Shown piece by piece: positions 40,537 through 52,801 of a DNA stretch of 64,000 nucleotides (positions within the stretch are counted from its first letter, which is position 1; every line of letters starts with the position of its first letter). Source of the DNA: an uncultured Candidatus Saccharibacteria bacterium. Its GTDB lineage: Bacteria > Patescibacteriota > Saccharimonadia > CAILAD01 > JADZBC01. The position numbers were made by a program, and so were the translations under genes. The stretch is from positions 1 to 64,000 of the forward strand of contig CAYPSN010000003.1 of assembly GCA_964413715.1 (NCBI GenBank). Reading direction: 5' to 3'. The notes beneath the pieces are model-generated. The model was not told where the DNA came from and did not search any database. It saw only the letters and a list, made by a program, of their open reading frames with translations.

Positions 40537-43500
40537 ATGCCACAAAAAGCTGCAGCAAACCGTGTCTATCTAAACCAAAACAAAGAAGTACTCCCACTAC
40601 CAAACCTTATTGATATTCAGACCGATTCGTACAACTGGTTTGTACGCGAAGGTTTGAGCGAACTTTTTACCGAAGTGTCGCCCGTACAGGACTTCACTGG
40701 TAAGAAGTTTGATTTGTATTTCAAAGATTATCACTTTGAAGAGCCGAAGCTGACTGAAGAGCAGGCTAAAGAAAAGAATCTGTCTTATGAGGCTCCGCTA
40801 CGAGCTGAAATCGAGTTGGTGATTAAAGAGACAGGCGAAGTTAGAACCCAAGAGATTTTCCTTGGCGACTTCCCAGTCATGACTGATCGCGGTACGTTCA
40901 TCATTAGTGGTGTAGAGCGTGTAGTAGTGTCGCAGTTGGTACGCAGCCCCGGCGTGTTCTTTACTAAAAGTGAGTCTGACCTCAATGACTTCTTTGGTGC
41001 CAAGATTATCCCTAGTCGTGGTGCATGGTTAGAAATCGAAACCGCAGCCAATGGCGTGATGAGCGTTAAGATTGATCGCAAGCGTAAATTGCCAGTAACG
41101 ACGCTATTGCGTGCCTTTGGTTACGGAACTGACACAGAGCTCAAAGAGCTTTTTAAAGACGTCGACACTGGTGAAGTAAAGTTCATTGACGAAACGATTG
41201 CTAAAGATTCCTCAAGCACGACTGCCGAAGCATTGATGGAAGTATACCGACGTATTCGCCCAGGCGACTTGGCTACGGTAGAAAACTCCAAGAGTTTGAT
41301 CGACAGCATGTTCTTCGACTTCAAGCGCTATGACTTCTCGAAGGTCGGTCGTTACAAAATGAATAAGCGTCTTAACCTGGACGTGCCAAACACTGCCGAG
41401 AATCGCGTTTTACGCAAAGAAGACCTCATCGCCATCATCGCCGAAACGATTCGCATGTCGAATACAGGAGCGATGAGTGAAGATATTGATCACTTGGCTA
41501 ACCGCCGACTCAAGATGGTTGGTGAGCAAATCCAACAGCGTTTCCGACTTGGTGTGCTGCGTATGGAACGCATCATCAAAGACCGCATGAGTTTGGCCGA
41601 CATCGAGACTGTTGCTCCTGGTCAGCTCATTAACGTTCGTCCAATTGTTGCAACGGTGAAAGAATTTTATGCTTCTCACCAGTTGTCGCAGTTCATGGAT
41701 CAGGTGAATCCACTCGCCGAATTGGTACATAAGCGACGCTTGAACGCTATGGGCCCAGGTGGTTTGAGCCGCGAGCGCGCAGGTTTTGAAGTCCGCGATG
41801 TACACAGAACTCACTACGGCCGAATTTGTCCGATTGAAACTCCTGAAGGACCAAACATTGGTTTGGTTTCGACTCTGGCGTCGTATGCTAAGGTTAATGA
41901 ATATGGCTTTATTGAAACACCTTACCTGAAGGTAGTAAATGAAGTAGAGGCCAGCAAGGCTGCCGGCGAAATCGTTCGTGAGAACGTGAAAGACGCCAAA
42001 GGCACCGTAGTAGCCAAGAAGGGCGAAAAGCTTACCGAGGCCGCTGCCAAAAAACTTGCTAAAGCAGGTATCGAAGTAGTTCCTGTAAAGGCACGACTTA
42101 CTAGCGAAGTGGTGTATTTGGATGCTGCCGATGAAGAAAAATGCGTTATTGCGCAGGCTAACACCCCAACTGACGAACAGGGTTACTTCCTGAAGGACCG
42201 CTTGTCAGTTCGTGGTATTAATGGTGAGGCCGACGAAGAAGCGGCTGACAAAGTGCAGTACATGGACATTTCGTCGAAACAGACGGTTAGTGTGTCGACT
42301 GCATTGATTCCATTCCTCGAGCATGATGATCCAAAGCGTGCTTTGATGGGTGCTAACATGCAACGTCAGGCTGTACCACTTGTGCGCCCTCAGGCTCCAG
42401 TAGTTGGTACTGGTATCGAAGCTAAGGCAGCCGAAGACTCAGGTCAGGTAATTTTGGCCGAGCAGGATGGTGAAGTTGTGAATGTCTCTGCTCAAGAAAT
42501 CACCGTTGCCTACAAGAAGGGCGACAAAAAGACCTACAAGTTGGCCAACTTTGTACGAAGTAATATGGGTGAAGCTATGCACCAACGGGCAGTTGTCTTG
42601 GCTGGCGATAAGGTGAAAAAGGGCGATGTATTGGCTGACGGTATGAGTACACAGCTTGGTGAACTTGCCCTAGGTCAGAACGTACTCGTTGCCTTCATGC
42701 CTTTTGACGGCTACAACTACGAAGATGCCGTGATTATCTCACAGCGATTAGTACAAGATGATCGCTACACTTCAATCCACATCGAAGACCACCAGATTGA
42801 TGTGCGCGACACTAAATTAGGCCCAGAGGTTGTGACTCGAGATATCGCAAACGTGAGCGAAGAGTCACTCAAAGATCTCGATGAAAACGGTATTGTGCGC
42901 ATTGGTGCCGAAGTAAGCGCCGGTGACATCCTCGTTGGTAAGATTACGCCAAAAGGTGAAACTGATCTTTCAAGCGAAGAGCGACTTTTGCGAGCAATCT
43001 TTGGTGAGAAAGCCCGCGACGTGAAAGACACCAGCTTGACCATGCCAAACGGTTCTTCAGGTAAAGTAGTGGGTGTTAAGATCCTTTCTAAAGAAAACGG
43101 CGATGACTTGCCAAGTGGTGTGTTGCAGCAGATTTACGTTTCAGTAGCGGAAATGCGCAAGATTTCAGTTGGTGATAAGATGGCCGGTCGACATGGTGAT
43201 AAGGGTGTGATTTCACGCATTATGCCTGTCGAGGACATGCCATACATGGAAGACGGCACGCCAGTTGATATCGTACTCAACACTCTCGGTGTCGGTACAC
43301 GTATGAACTTAGGACAAATTTTGGAAACTCACTTGGGTTGGGCAGCGAACGCACTTGGCTATACTGTGGCCACACCAGTGTTTGATGGCGTAAGTGTTGA
43401 CCAGATTAAGGCCGAACTTAAGAAAGCCGGTTTGCCAGAAGACGGTAAGGCTCAGTTGTACCACGGCTATAGTGGTGAACCATTCTCACAGAAAACAACA

Positions 43501-44076
43501 GTTGGCTACAAGTACATGCTGAAACTTCACCACATGGTTGACGATAAGATTCATGCTCGCTCAACAGGACCATACGCTATGGTTACTCAGCAGCCACTTG
43601 GTGGTAAGGCGCAAATGGGTGGTCAGAGATTCGGTGAAATGGAAGTATGGGCGCTCGAAGCGTACGGTGCCGCAAACACCCTGCAAGAAATGCTCACCAT
43701 TAAATCCGACGACGTTATCGGGCGATCCAAAGCTTATGAATCGATCATTAAAGACGAACCAATAAAGGGTTCTCGCATCCCTGAATCGTTCAACGTGCTT
43801 GTAAAAGAACTGCAGAGTTTAACGCTCGCCGTAGAACTAGAGAAAGGTCCTGGCACCGAAATTGACGCCGAAGACATGTTGGCCGATGTAACCGAAGGTG
43901 AAGCGATTGACCTTGGTGAGGCTGAATTGATGATCGGCAGAGAGCAGCAAGATGGCGATGCAATAGTAGATTTAGGTGCGCCATCGGAAGATGATTTTGA
44001 AGTATTAGCCCAAGTCTCGGAAGAAATTGGACCCGACGAAGAGGACTTGAAACAAATGGAAGGAGAGGAGGTCTAA
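40537..44076 (+). CDS. rpoB: DNA-directed RNA polymerase subunit beta
   Basis: 1179 aa, conserved RpoB blocks. Confidence 0.95.
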   Translation: MPQKAAANRVYLNQNKEVLPLPNLIDIQTDSYNWFVREGLSELFTEVSPVQDFTGKKFDLYFKDYHFEEPKLTEEQAKEKNLSYEAPLRAEIELVIKETGEVRTQEIFLGDFPVMTDRGTFIISGVERVVVSQLVRSPGVFFTKSESDLNDFFGAKIIPSRGAWLEIETAANGVMSVKIDRKRKLPVTTLLRAFGYGTDTELKELFKDVDTGEVKFIDETIAKDSSSTTAEALMEVYRRIRPGDLATVENSKSLIDSMFFDFKRYDFSKVGRYKMNKRLNLDVPNTAENRVLRKEDLIAIIAETIRMSNTGAMSEDIDHLANRRLKMVGEQIQQRFRLGVLRMERIIKDRMSLADIETVAPGQLINVRPIVATVKEFYASHQLSQFMDQVNPLAELVHKRRLNAMGPGGLSRERAGFEVRDVHRTHYGRICPIETPEGPNIGLVSTLASYAKVNEYGFIETPYLKVVNEVEASKAAGEIVRENVKDAKGTVVAKKGEKLTEAAAKKLAKAGIEVVPVKARLTSEVVYLDAADEEKCVIAQANTPTDEQGYFLKDRLSVRGINGEADEEAADKVQYMDISSKQTVSVSTALIPFLEHDDPKRALMGANMQRQAVPLVRPQAPVVGTGIEAKAAEDSGQVILAEQDGEVVNVSAQEITVAYKKGDKKTYKLANFVRSNMGEAMHQRAVVLAGDKVKKGDVLADGMSTQLGELALGQNVLVAFMPFDGYNYEDAVIISQRLVQDDRYTSIHIEDHQIDVRDTKLGPEVVTRDIANVSEESLKDLDENGIVRIGAEVSAGDILVGKITPKGETDLSSEERLLRAIFGEKARDVKDTSLTMPNGSSGKVVGVKILSKENGDDLPSGVLQQIYVSVAEMRKISVGDKMAGRHGDKGVISRIMPVEDMPYMEDGTPVDIVLNTLGVGTRMNLGQILETHLGWAANALGYTVATPVFDGVSVDQIKAELKKAGLPEDGKAQLYHGYSGEPFSQKTTVGYKYMLKLHHMVDDKIHARSTGPYAMVTQQPLGGKAQMGGQRFGEMEVWALEAYGAANTLQEMLTIKSDDVIGRSKAYESIIKDEPIKGSRIPESFNVLVKELQSLTLAVELEKGPGTEIDAEDMLADVTEGEAIDLGEAELMIGREQQDGDAIVDLGAPSEDDFEVLAQVSEEIGPDEEDLKQMEGEEV

Positions 44077-44077
44077 C

Positions 44078-47000
44078 ATGGGAGATAGTATGCACGAGAC
44101 TCAGGTGATTGATTTTGAAGCAATCAAGTTATCTTTAGCTTCTCCAGAACAAATTTTGCAGTGGTCGCACGGCGAAATTACAAAACCAGAAACAATTAAC
44201 TACCGCACACAGAAACCTGAAAAAGACGGTCTGTTCTGCGAAAAGATCTTTGGTCCAACCAAAGATTGGCAGTGTTACTGTGGTAAATATAAGGGTATTC
44301 GCTACAAGGGAATTACTTGCGATAAGTGTGGTGTGCTCGTTACTCGAAGCATTGTGCGTCGCGAACGACTCGGGCACATTAGTCTGGCAGTCCCTGTAGC
44401 TCACATTTGGTTCCTGCGTGGCACCCCGTCAACTATTAGCCTTGTTTTGAACATGGGCGTGCGCGATATTGAGCGCGTCGTGTATTTTGCTAACTTCATT
44501 GTAAAAAGCGTTGACGAAGACGCCAGAAAACAAGCCTTGGTTGACTTGGAAGCTGATTTCAAATCACGCCGAGCTGATATTCTGAAGAAGAGTGAGGCCG
44601 AAGAAGGCAAAGAACTGAGTGCGGAAATTACCAAAGAACTCGAAGACCTCGAGCTCAACTACACCAATGCTAAAACTGAGCTAACTTCGTTTGCTAAGTA
44701 TCAGCTGCTGCCAGAAAGTCGCTACCGTGACCTAAACCTCAAATACGGTAACGTATTTAGCGCTGGCATTGGTGCAGAAGCAATCCGTGAGCTGCTCGCC
44801 GAAATTAACCTCGAAGAGCTGGCTGATCGTTTGCGCGAAGAGAGTGAAAGCTCAGTTGGGCAAAAGAAGAAAAAGGCTCTCAAGCGTCTTAAGTCTATCG
44901 AGGGGATGATTCAAGCAGAGATTCGTCCTGAGTGGATGGTGACTACCGAGTTGCCAGTGATTCCACCTGACTTGCGACCTATGGTGCAGCTGGATGGTGG
45001 CCGTTTTGCTGCCTCTGACTTAAATGATCTGTATCGCCGAGTTATCAACCGCAACAATCGACTCAAGAAGCTCTTTGCCCTTGAAGCGCCAGAAGTAATC
45101 TGCCGTAACGAAAAGCGTATGCTTCAAGAAGCTGTTGATGCGCTGATCGATAACAATGCTCGTCGTGAACGTGCGGTAAGCGCCACAGGCAATCGTAAAA
45201 AGCTTAAAAGTCTTACCGACTTGCTAAAGGGTAAACAGGGTCGATTCCGACAAAACCTCCTTGGTAAGCGTGTTGACTACTCAGGACGATCGGTTATCGT
45301 TATTGGACCACACCTTGATATTGATCAATGTGGTTTGCCAAAACGTATGGCACTCGAACTATTCAAGCCGTTCGTAATCGGCAAGTTGATTGCACAGGGC
45401 TATGCGCATAACGTAAAGTCAGCTGCTCGTATGGTAGAGCGTGCTCGTGACGAAGTCTGGGATACACTTGATGAAGTCATCGCCGACAAGTACGTGTTGC
45501 TTAACCGCGCACCGACCTTGCACCGTTTGGGTATTCAAGCATTCAAGCCCGTACTGATCGAAGGAAAGGCTATTCAGCTTCACCCTATGGTTTGTCCAGC
45601 CTTTAACGCCGACTTCGACGGTGACCAAATGGCCGTACATGTACCTTTGAGCGAAGCTGCACAGCGCGAAGCAAGAGAGATTATGCTTTCACGTAATAAC
45701 TTGCTTAAGCCATCAAGTGGTGAGCCAATTGTGAACGCTCAGCAAGATGTCGTTTTGGGCTGTTACTTCCTAACCTCTGTTGAAGAAGGCGTGCGTGGTG
45801 AAGGTAAGGCATTCGCTGATCCAAAAGAAGCCATCTTTGCCTATCAAGAAAAGTACATTGATTTGCGTGCGCAGATTAAGGTAAAAGTTGGCGATAGCAT
45901 TGAAGATACAACTGTTGGTCGACTGCTGTTTAACGAAGTCTTGCCAGAAGGCATTGGCTTTATAAACGAAACGCAAGACAAGTCTTCGCTCAAGCAGGTG
46001 ATGGCGTTAGTATTCTCTAACTACGGTAGTGAAGAAACTGCTCGCTTGGCTGACGCGATCAAAGAACTTGGCTTCAGATACGCTACTATGTCTGGCTTCT
46101 CAATTGGAATGGATGACTTAATCACTCCTAAGCAAAAGGCCGATTTGATTGCCGAAGGTGATCAGCGAACCGTCGATTTATTGAATCAGTACAACCAAGG
46201 TTTGATTACCGACCAAGAACGTCGTGAGAAAGTTGTTGAAAACTGGAAAGACGTGGCGACAAAGATTGAAGCAGAGATTGAAAAAGAGCTCAGTCCAGAA
46301 AACTCAACCTTCGCTATCGACATTGCCTCTGGTGCTAAGTCTGGCTTGAAGCAGGTCAATCAAATGGCAGGTATGCGTGGTTTGATGCTTTCACCTACTG
46401 GACGCATTATTGAGCTGCCTGTTAAGTCGAACTACAAAGAAGGCCTTTCGGTACTGGAGTACTTCATCTCCACTCACGGTGCCCGTAAGGGTCTTACCGA
46501 TACAGCACTTCGAACAGCCGAATCTGGTTACTTGACTCGACGTCTGGTTGACGTTGCGCAAGACATCATGATTACGCAAGAAGACTGCGGTGACAAAGAA
46601 GGCTACCAGATTAACCAAGCTGAGGCTGTTGCTGCTGGTGAAGCATCGCTTGCGCCATGGGTAGTTGGTCGCACCTCACTTGAAAAGATTGTGCATCCAA
46701 AGACGAACGAAGTGATCGTGAAGAAGCACGACATCATTACCGACGAAGCAGCTCGCAGCATGATTGAAGCGAATGTGGAAAGCGTGAAGATCCGTTCAAT
46801 TCTGAAGTGTAAAGCTCCTTGGGGTATTTGTCAGAAGTGTTACGGCGTGGATCTTGCCAAAGGAACGCCAGTCATGCTTGGTGAAGCAGTTGGTATTATG
46901 GCGGCACAAAGTATTGGTGAGCCAGGTACGCAGCTGACGATGAACACGAAACACCTTGCCGGTGTTGGTACAGACATTACTCAAGGTTTGCCACGCGTTC

Positions 47001-47854
47001 AGGAAATCTTCGAAGCGCGTAATCCAAAAGGACAGGCGATATTGGCTGATGTGGCTGGCGTCATTAAGATTAAGAGTGATGACAACAAACACACCATCAC
47101 TATTACCCAGCCAGATTCGAAAGTAACTGAATACGAGCTAGGCGATATGAAGGCATTAGTGAAGAGTGGAGCCGTCGTCGAACACGGTGACGTTATGGCT
47201 CAAAGCAAAGATGGTAGCCGCACGGTGAAATCAAAAGCTGCCGGTACGGTCCAAGTGACGAAGACCCACATTAAGCTCACTCATGACGGAGGCGTTTCTA
47301 AGGAATACGTCGTGCCAACCAGTACAGGCTTGCTCGTTAAGAATGGCCAATTGGTCGCTGTGGGTGATCGCTTGAGCGAAGGTTCTATCAACCTGCAAGA
47401 TATGCTACGTTTACAGGGCGAAGAAGCAGTACAACGCTACGTTGTTGATGAAGTGCAGGCTATTTACTCCTCACAGGGTCAGTCTATTGCCTCTAAGCAC
47501 ATCGAAGTGATCATCCGACAGATGTTCTCACGCGTTCGCATAGAGGATCCGATGGACACTGACTTGATTGCTGGTGATATGGTGTCTCGTGCTGTGCTCG
47601 AAGAAGCGAATAGCGCTGCTGTGGCCGAAGGCAAGAAGCCAGCTACTTATGAACAGCTTCTGATGCCAATGACTAAGGTGTCTACTTCTTCAGACAGCTG
47701 GCTGTCGGCTGCAAGCTTCCAGGAAACCACAAAGGTTCTGATTGGTGCCGCTACCCGCGGTAAGGTCGATAAGTTACGTGGACTCAAAGAAAACGTGATC
47801 ATCGGTCGCTTGATCCCGGTCGGTACGGGATTCCGTGATGAGGAGGACTTGTAA
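44078..47854 (+). CDS. rpoC: DNA-directed RNA polymerase subunit beta'
   Basis: zinc-binding CxxC..CxxC, NADFDGD active site, 1258 aa. Confidence 0.95.
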   Translation: MGDSMHETQVIDFEAIKLSLASPEQILQWSHGEITKPETINYRTQKPEKDGLFCEKIFGPTKDWQCYCGKYKGIRYKGITCDKCGVLVTRSIVRRERLGHISLAVPVAHIWFLRGTPSTISLVLNMGVRDIERVVYFANFIVKSVDEDARKQALVDLEADFKSRRADILKKSEAEEGKELSAEITKELEDLELNYTNAKTELTSFAKYQLLPESRYRDLNLKYGNVFSAGIGAEAIRELLAEINLEELADRLREESESSVGQKKKKALKRLKSIEGMIQAEIRPEWMVTTELPVIPPDLRPMVQLDGGRFAASDLNDLYRRVINRNNRLKKLFALEAPEVICRNEKRMLQEAVDALIDNNARRERAVSATGNRKKLKSLTDLLKGKQGRFRQNLLGKRVDYSGRSVIVIGPHLDIDQCGLPKRMALELFKPFVIGKLIAQGYAHNVKSAARMVERARDEVWDTLDEVIADKYVLLNRAPTLHRLGIQAFKPVLIEGKAIQLHPMVCPAFNADFDGDQMAVHVPLSEAAQREAREIMLSRNNLLKPSSGEPIVNAQQDVVLGCYFLTSVEEGVRGEGKAFADPKEAIFAYQEKYIDLRAQIKVKVGDSIEDTTVGRLLFNEVLPEGIGFINETQDKSSLKQVMALVFSNYGSEETARLADAIKELGFRYATMSGFSIGMDDLITPKQKADLIAEGDQRTVDLLNQYNQGLITDQERREKVVENWKDVATKIEAEIEKELSPENSTFAIDIASGAKSGLKQVNQMAGMRGLMLSPTGRIIELPVKSNYKEGLSVLEYFISTHGARKGLTDTALRTAESGYLTRRLVDVAQDIMITQEDCGDKEGYQINQAEAVAAGEASLAPWVVGRTSLEKIVHPKTNEVIVKKHDIITDEAARSMIEANVESVKIRSILKCKAPWGICQKCYGVDLAKGTPVMLGEAVGIMAAQSIGEPGTQLTMNTKHLAGVGTDITQGLPRVQEIFEARNPKGQAILADVAGVIKIKSDDNKHTITITQPDSKVTEYELGDMKALVKSGAVVEHGDVMAQSKDGSRTVKSKAAGTVQVTKTHIKLTHDGGVSKEYVVPTSTGLLVKNGQLVAVGDRLSEGSINLQDMLRLQGEEAVQRYVVDEVQAIYSSQGQSIASKHIEVIIRQMFSRVRIEDPMDTDLIAGDMVSRAVLEEANSAAVAEGKKPATYEQLLMPMTKVSTSSDSWLSAASFQETTKVLIGAATRGKVDKLRGLKENVIIGRLIPVGTGFRDEEDL

Positions 47855-47905
47855 GCTGCTTGACCAGGTTAGAGTAATCTGATAAAGTAACAAAGTTGTA
47901 AGACT

Positions 47906-48325
47906 ATGCCAACAATTAATCAACTCATTCGTAACCCCCGCTCCAAAGCTCGTCGCAAGAGTAAATCTCCTGCGATGGCACGGAGTTTGAATACGCTCAA
48001 GAACAAGACGACGACAAACAACTCGCCGTTCAAGCGTGGGGTTTGTGTAAAGGTGTTTACAGCCACTCCACGTAAGCCAAACTCAGCCCTTCGTAAAGTC
48101 GCCCGTGTGCGACTTACAAACGGCATGGAAGTAACGGCTTACATTGGTGGCGTTGGCCATAACCTTCAGGAACACTCTGTGGTTCTCGTTCGTGGCGGTC
48201 GTGTAAAAGACCTTGGTGGCGTGCGTTACCACATCGTGCGTGGCGCCTTGGACACCGCTGGTGTTGCAAACCGCAAGCAGGGTCGTAGTAAGTATGGTGC
48301 AAAGTTAGAGAAGGCTAAGGCCTAG
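47906..48325 (+). CDS. rpsL: 30S ribosomal protein S12
   Basis: PTINQLIR N-terminus. Confidence 0.95.
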   Translation: MPTINQLIRNPRSKARRKSKSPAMARSLNTLKNKTTTNNSPFKRGVCVKVFTATPRKPNSALRKVARVRLTNGMEVTAYIGGVGHNLQEHSVVLVRGGRVKDLGGVRYHIVRGALDTAGVANRKQGRSKYGAKLEKAKA

Positions 48326-48333
48326 AGGAAAGT

Positions 48334-48810
48334 ATGCCAAGAAAGAAGACCAAATCTTTAAAGCGTGAACTAAGCCCAGACATTGTGTATAACAATGTTA
48401 TGGTTACTCGTATGATTAACAAAGTTATGCGCAGTGGTAAGAAGCGACTTGCTGAAAAGCTCGTTTACGACGCACTCAAGGTGGCTGCAGATAAAACCCA
48501 AAAAGATGCCTTAGAGGTATTTGAGGGAGCTATTAAAAATGTTTCGCCACAGGTACAGGTGAAGAGTAAGCGCATTGGTGGTACGAACTACCAGGTGCCA
48601 ATGGAAGTGCGCGGTGATCGAAAAATCCATCTGGCAATGACATGGATTCTAACGTCTGCTCGGGGACGAAGTGGCCAGTCTTTTGATAGGCTCCTTGCTA
48701 ACGAGCTGGTGGATGCTTATAACAACACCGGCGAGTCGGTGAAGAAGAAGCAAGATACTCACCAGATGGCCGAAGCCAACAAGGCTTTTGCTCACTTCGC
48801 CCGCTACTAA
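48334..48810 (+). CDS. rpsG: 30S ribosomal protein S7
   Basis: 158 aa, S7 family. Confidence 0.95.
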   Translation: MPRKKTKSLKRELSPDIVYNNVMVTRMINKVMRSGKKRLAEKLVYDALKVAADKTQKDALEVFEGAIKNVSPQVQVKSKRIGGTNYQVPMEVRGDRKIHLAMTWILTSARGRSGQSFDRLLANELVDAYNNTGESVKKKQDTHQMAEANKAFAHFARY

Positions 48811-48834
48811 TCAGGCTTAGTAGAAAGTTTAATC

Positions 48835-48866
48835 AAAAAACTCGCCACTCAGGCGGGTTTTTTGAT
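48835..48866 (+). terminator. rho-independent terminator (short GC stem flanked by aaaaaa and tttttt)
   Basis: hairpin plus U-tract. Confidence 0.5.
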
Positions 48867-48954
48867 GCTGTTTATTGTGGATTATTACTGGTCAAATGAT
48901 AACGACCCTAGTACATTTGCATGCACTAGGGTCGTTGGGGGGGGCAGGGGTAGC

Positions 48955-49143
48955 TCAGTCGGGTGGCAGGGGAGTGCTGATCTCCCTGAACTCGGGGCTA
49001 CCGCTGGACGGGGTGGCGCGAAGTTCGCGTGCTGGCACGAGGCCTTCTGCGGCGTGTTCTTCGGTTCGGCTGAACTGAGCGCCCACGTAGGCAGCCATCT
49101 GCGCTGCCCGCGCCTTGGCGGTCTTGTCACCAGTACTCTCCAT
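48955..49143 (-). CDS. hypothetical small protein (62 aa), high GC
   Basis: GAGGAG RBS then ATG (MESTGDKTAKARAAQMAAYVGAQF...); located downstream of tdk on the same strand. Confidence 0.45.
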   Translation of the reverse strand: MESTGDKTAKARAAQMAAYVGAQFSRTEEHAAEGLVPARELRATPSSGSPEFREISTPLPPD

Positions 49144-49173
49144 GTTTGCTCCTCGCTCTATAGGACCTCAGTT

Positions 49174-49202
49174 ATCCTATACTAGCTTGCAGTCTTTGCC
49201 AA
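49174..49202 (-). promoter_or_regulatory. weak sigma70-like TTGGCA-17-TAGGAT, minus strand, between tdk and the 62-aa ORF
   Basis: motif spacing only. Confidence 0.25.
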
Positions 49203-49205
49203 GTC

Positions 49206-49754
49206 CTAACGAGCAGAGACGAAGCACTGCCTGCAGCGCGCTTCATAGCTGTAGGTGCCGTCTTCTGGCAGGATGGAGGGGAGCCCTCCGGTAACTTCTT
49301 TGCCGTCCTTGAGAACCTGACTGAAGCGTGCCTCGTAGCTCTTGCACACATCGCAAACAGCGATAAGGCACTGCACGCTTGTTGGACCAAGCTCCATCAG
49401 GGCGACGGTGCTTTCGATCAGCCTGCCTCGATAGTCCATATCGAGTCCGACAGCATGAATGACTAGCCCCTTGGCCAAGAGCGAGTTCAACGCCCCCAGG
49501 TCGTCTTGACCGAACATGTGAACTTCATCGATGCCAATGACGTCGTAATTGGCGAGCCAGTCGATGTCGAGTCTGTCGACCTTCGTCGTTTGGATGCTGG
49601 CACCTGCACGAGAACTGACTTGGGTTTCTCTGTCGTGAAGCTTGGGCTGCACAACGACCCACCGCATGTCGCTATGAGCAAGTGGCGAAAAGATTTTGAC
49701 AAGCTCGAGGGATTTCCCCGACTTCATGGGTCCCATCGTAAGGTGTAGCGGCAT
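49206..49754 (-). CDS. tdk: thymidine kinase, high GC
   Basis: P-loop GPMKSGKS; VSSRAG; DE(V)H.F; GLDMDYRG; C-terminal zinc ribbon CDVC...CRQC. All are collinear with the TK1-type family. AGGAGA RBS. Confidence 0.8.
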   Translation of the reverse strand: MPLHLTMGPMKSGKSLELVKIFSPLAHSDMRWVVVQPKLHDRETQVSSRAGASIQTTKVDRLDIDWLANYDVIGIDEVHMFGQDDLGALNSLLAKGLVIHAVGLDMDYRGRLIESTVALMELGPTSVQCLIAVCDVCKSYEARFSQVLKDGKEVTGGLPSILPEDGTYSYEARCRQCFVSAR

Positions 49755-49888
49755 TACGTGCGTCTCCTGTGGTTTGTTTGGCGTGATTCTATTCTAGACC
49801 ATGCATCCAGTCTCTCGCTAGTTCTTTAACTTGCGAGGCCTGCGGGCAGTAGAATTTTTGTTGGCAGCTCGTTCGAGCCAAACATTAC

Positions 49889-49917
49889 TTGATAAAGTTG
49901 AGCAAATTCACTATAAT
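49889..49917 (+). promoter_or_regulatory. sigma70-like TTGATA-17-TATAAT upstream of fusA
   Basis: near-consensus hexamers, exact spacer. Confidence 0.45.
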
Positions 49918-49994
49918 TACCAAGGAATAAAGCACGGAAAACCAAACCGGCTTTTTTGTTTACTAACTTAGCTTACAGAAGGAAGAACGAATTT

Positions 49995-52103
49995 ATGGCT
50001 CGCGAGTATTCATTAGAAAACACACGAAACATCGGTATTATTGCTCACATTGATGCTGGTAAAACGACCGTTACAGAAGGTATCTTGTACCGTACTGGAC
50101 GTGTCCATAAGATTGGTGAAGTGCACGAAGGTGCTGCAACCATGGACTGGATGGAGCAAGAGCAAGAGCGTGGTATTACGATTACCTCGGCAGCCACAAC
50201 TTGTTTCTGGAATGATAAGCGCATTAACATTATTGACACTCCAGGACACATCGACTTTACCGTAGAGGTAGAGCGATCGTTGCGTGTTCTTGACGGTGCT
50301 GTTACGGTTTTCGACGGCAAAATGGGCGTAGAGCCACAGAGTGAAACGGTGTGGCGTCAGGCCGACAAGTACGGCGTGCCTCGTATTTGCTTCATCAATA
50401 AGATCAATCAAACCGGCGGTGATTTTTACAAATCCCTCGAATCAATCCACGAGCGTCTCAGCAAGCGGGCGTACCCAATTCACTTGCCAATTGGTTTTGA
50501 GCAAGACATTAATGGCTTAGTCGACTTGGTTGAGATGAAGGCCTACGAGTACAAAGATTACACCGACAAAGAGCTAAAAGAGATTGAGATTCCGGAAGAT
50601 ATGAAAGAAAAGGTGGCTCACTACCGCCAGCACTTGATTGAAGCGGCCGTTGAGAGTGATGACTCGTTGATGGAAAAATACCTCGAAGGCCAAGAACTTA
50701 CGACTGAAGAAGTTAAGACTGCGATTCGTAAGTCAGTTCTTTCCGGTCAGTTCTATGCCGTTTCCGGCGGTGATGGTCGTGGCGTGATTGTAGAAAAGCT
50801 GCTTGACGCCGTAGTAGACTACTTGCCAAACCCACTCGACATTACCGCGCCACTTGGTAAAGATGTTAAAACTGGCGAAGACAAAGTCCTAGAAGTTTCT
50901 GATGAAGCACCGTTTGCTGGCTTGGCCTTTAAGATCGCAACCGACCCATTTGTCGGTAAGTTGGCTTTCTTCCGAGTGTATTCAGGTGTACTAAAGAGTG
51001 GTAGCTATATTCTCAATGCCTCAACGGGCGAAAAAGAGCGCGTCGGTCGAATCGTACGTATGCACGCCAACAATCGTGAAGAAGTAAACGAAGTGTATGC
51101 TGGTGAAATCGCTGCTGCAGTAGGACTTAAGAATACTATTACGGGCCACACCATTTGTGACCCTGCACACCCCGTGATGCTCGAGTCAATCACCTTCCCA
51201 GAGCCAGTTATTTCGATCGCAATTGAGCCAAAAACCAAAGCCGACCAAGAAAAGATGGGTATTGCCTTGTCTCGTTTGGCCGAAGAAGATCCGACCTTCC
51301 GTGTGCACTCTGACGAAGATAGTGGTCAGACCATCATTGATGGTATGGGTGAGTTGCACCTCGATGTGATTGTGGACCGCATGAAACGTGAATTTAAGGT
51401 AGAAGCCAACGTAGGGCGTCCTCAGGTTGCCTACCGCGAGACTATTCGCAAGTCTACTCAGATCGAAGGTAAGTTTGTGCGCCAATCTGGTGGTCGTGGT
51501 CAGTATGGTCATGTTTGGCTAGAACTTAGCCCGCTCGTTCACACCGATGACGATGAAGAGCGCAAGACATTCGAGTTTGAAAACGCCATTGTGGGTGGTG
51601 TGGTGCCCAAGGAATACATCAAGCCAGTTGAGGAAGGCGTTCGCGAAGCCATGGGTAATGGTGTTCTAGCCGGCTATCCAGTAGTCGATATTCATGCCAA
51701 GCTTTATGATGGTAGCTATCACGATGTAGACTCTTCGGAACTTGCTTTCAAGATTGCCGGCTCGATGGCACTTCAGGCAGGCGTACGCCAGGCTGACCCA
51801 GTTATTCTAGAGCCAGTCATGCGAGTTGAGATTACGACGCCAGAAGACTTCATGGGTGATGTGATAGGTGATATCAACGCCAAGCGTGGTCGAGTAGAGA
51901 AGATGGAAGATCGCAGCGGCGCTAAGATCATTAGCTCTTTCGTGCCGCTTTCTGGGATGTTTGGCTATGCTACAAGCTTGCGCTCGATGACACAAGGACG
52001 TGCTAGTTATGCTATGGAGTTTGACCATTACGCTGAAGTGCCACGTAACGTTGCCGATGAGCTTATTGGCAAGCGCCAGGCAGCCGTCGAAGAAGGTCGC
52101 TAA
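49995..52103 (+). CDS. fusA: elongation factor G
   Basis: G-domain AHIDAGKTT; AGGAAG RBS before the ATG at 49995. Confidence 0.95.
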   Translation: MAREYSLENTRNIGIIAHIDAGKTTVTEGILYRTGRVHKIGEVHEGAATMDWMEQEQERGITITSAATTCFWNDKRINIIDTPGHIDFTVEVERSLRVLDGAVTVFDGKMGVEPQSETVWRQADKYGVPRICFINKINQTGGDFYKSLESIHERLSKRAYPIHLPIGFEQDINGLVDLVEMKAYEYKDYTDKELKEIEIPEDMKEKVAHYRQHLIEAAVESDDSLMEKYLEGQELTTEEVKTAIRKSVLSGQFYAVSGGDGRGVIVEKLLDAVVDYLPNPLDITAPLGKDVKTGEDKVLEVSDEAPFAGLAFKIATDPFVGKLAFFRVYSGVLKSGSYILNASTGEKERVGRIVRMHANNREEVNEVYAGEIAAAVGLKNTITGHTICDPAHPVMLESITFPEPVISIAIEPKTKADQEKMGIALSRLAEEDPTFRVHSDEDSGQTIIDGMGELHLDVIVDRMKREFKVEANVGRPQVAYRETIRKSTQIEGKFVRQSGGRGQYGHVWLELSPLVHTDDDEERKTFEFENAIVGGVVPKEYIKPVEEGVREAMGNGVLAGYPVVDIHAKLYDGSYHDVDSSELAFKIAGSMALQAGVRQADPVILEPVMRVEITTPEDFMGDVIGDINAKRGRVEKMEDRSGAKIISSFVPLSGMFGYATSLRSMTQGRASYAMEFDHYAEVPRNVADELIGKRQAAVEEGR

Positions 52104-52126
52104 GAGAAGGTCCTAAGGCTAAAACT

Positions 52127-52160
52127 AAAAAACAACCCCATTGACAGGGGTTGTTTTTTA
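52127..52160 (+). terminator. rho-independent terminator (aacaacccc attgaca ggggttgtt + ttttt)
   Basis: hairpin plus U-tract. Confidence 0.65.
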
Positions 52161-52169
52161 GTTTATTGT

Positions 52170-52672
52170 AGTTATTGTTCGTGCAAGTAGCTTCAGAGTA
52201 TGCGCTAGTTACCTAAGCAAGTTAGTTGAGACTTGTAGCTGTAATGAAAGCAGGCGTGCTGCAGCACACCACCTGTTGTGCAGAATCATCTCATTGTACT
52301 CGCCGCCATCAGAGTACTCCTCGCAGAGGCAGCTTCAGGAGAGCGCCCCGGGTTGAAGAGAGACTGAAGTTACGTTGCAAAAACTACGTATTCAGCGAAA
52401 GCTGAGTGCCCGGATGCGCATCTGGGCTGTGTGAGTAAAGGTGGGTCTAAGGATGATCACTTGGAGACCCTTAAAAACGCACAACGTAGTTGGTGGGGCG
52501 TCATGATCACGACGCCTTGACATCACCCCAGACAAGAAGCGTTCCACCACGCGATGGGGTCCGGTAATGATGTCCGCTCGGCCCGAAAGCTGTGTAGTCC
52601 TGCCTGAAGGACGCCGGTACACAAGCTTTCGGGCCGCCCGCCCCAGGCAACCCCTGGGGCATTTGTCATTTC
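52170..52672 (+). ncRNA. candidate structured ncRNA / structured spacer between fusA and tuf (family unassigned)
   Basis: about 55% GC; no credible ORF; composite hairpin at 52579-52636 (18-bp outer stem with one bulge, enclosing a 4-bp inner hairpin and a 5-nt internal loop); repeated (g/c)atgatcac loops; terminal hairpin ccccagg...cctgggg plus a U-rich tail; possible TTGACA-17-TATTGT promoter overlapping the fusA terminator. Confidence 0.3.
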
Positions 52673-52801
52673 CGGGCACCTACCTCTTTACATTTCGGCA
52701 ATTTTTACCTATAATCGAAAAGTCTAATGCCTAGGCATATTTTTTGTGACCTAAGCACAGCGCTTTTATAAAAAGATTAACCAAGCATTCAAGGAGAATA
52801 T

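Noticed and set aside
52392-52679. 95-aa minus-strand ORF in the fusA-tuf spacer
   Set aside because: Arg/Pro/Gly-rich, no RBS. The region is better explained as structured non-coding sequence.
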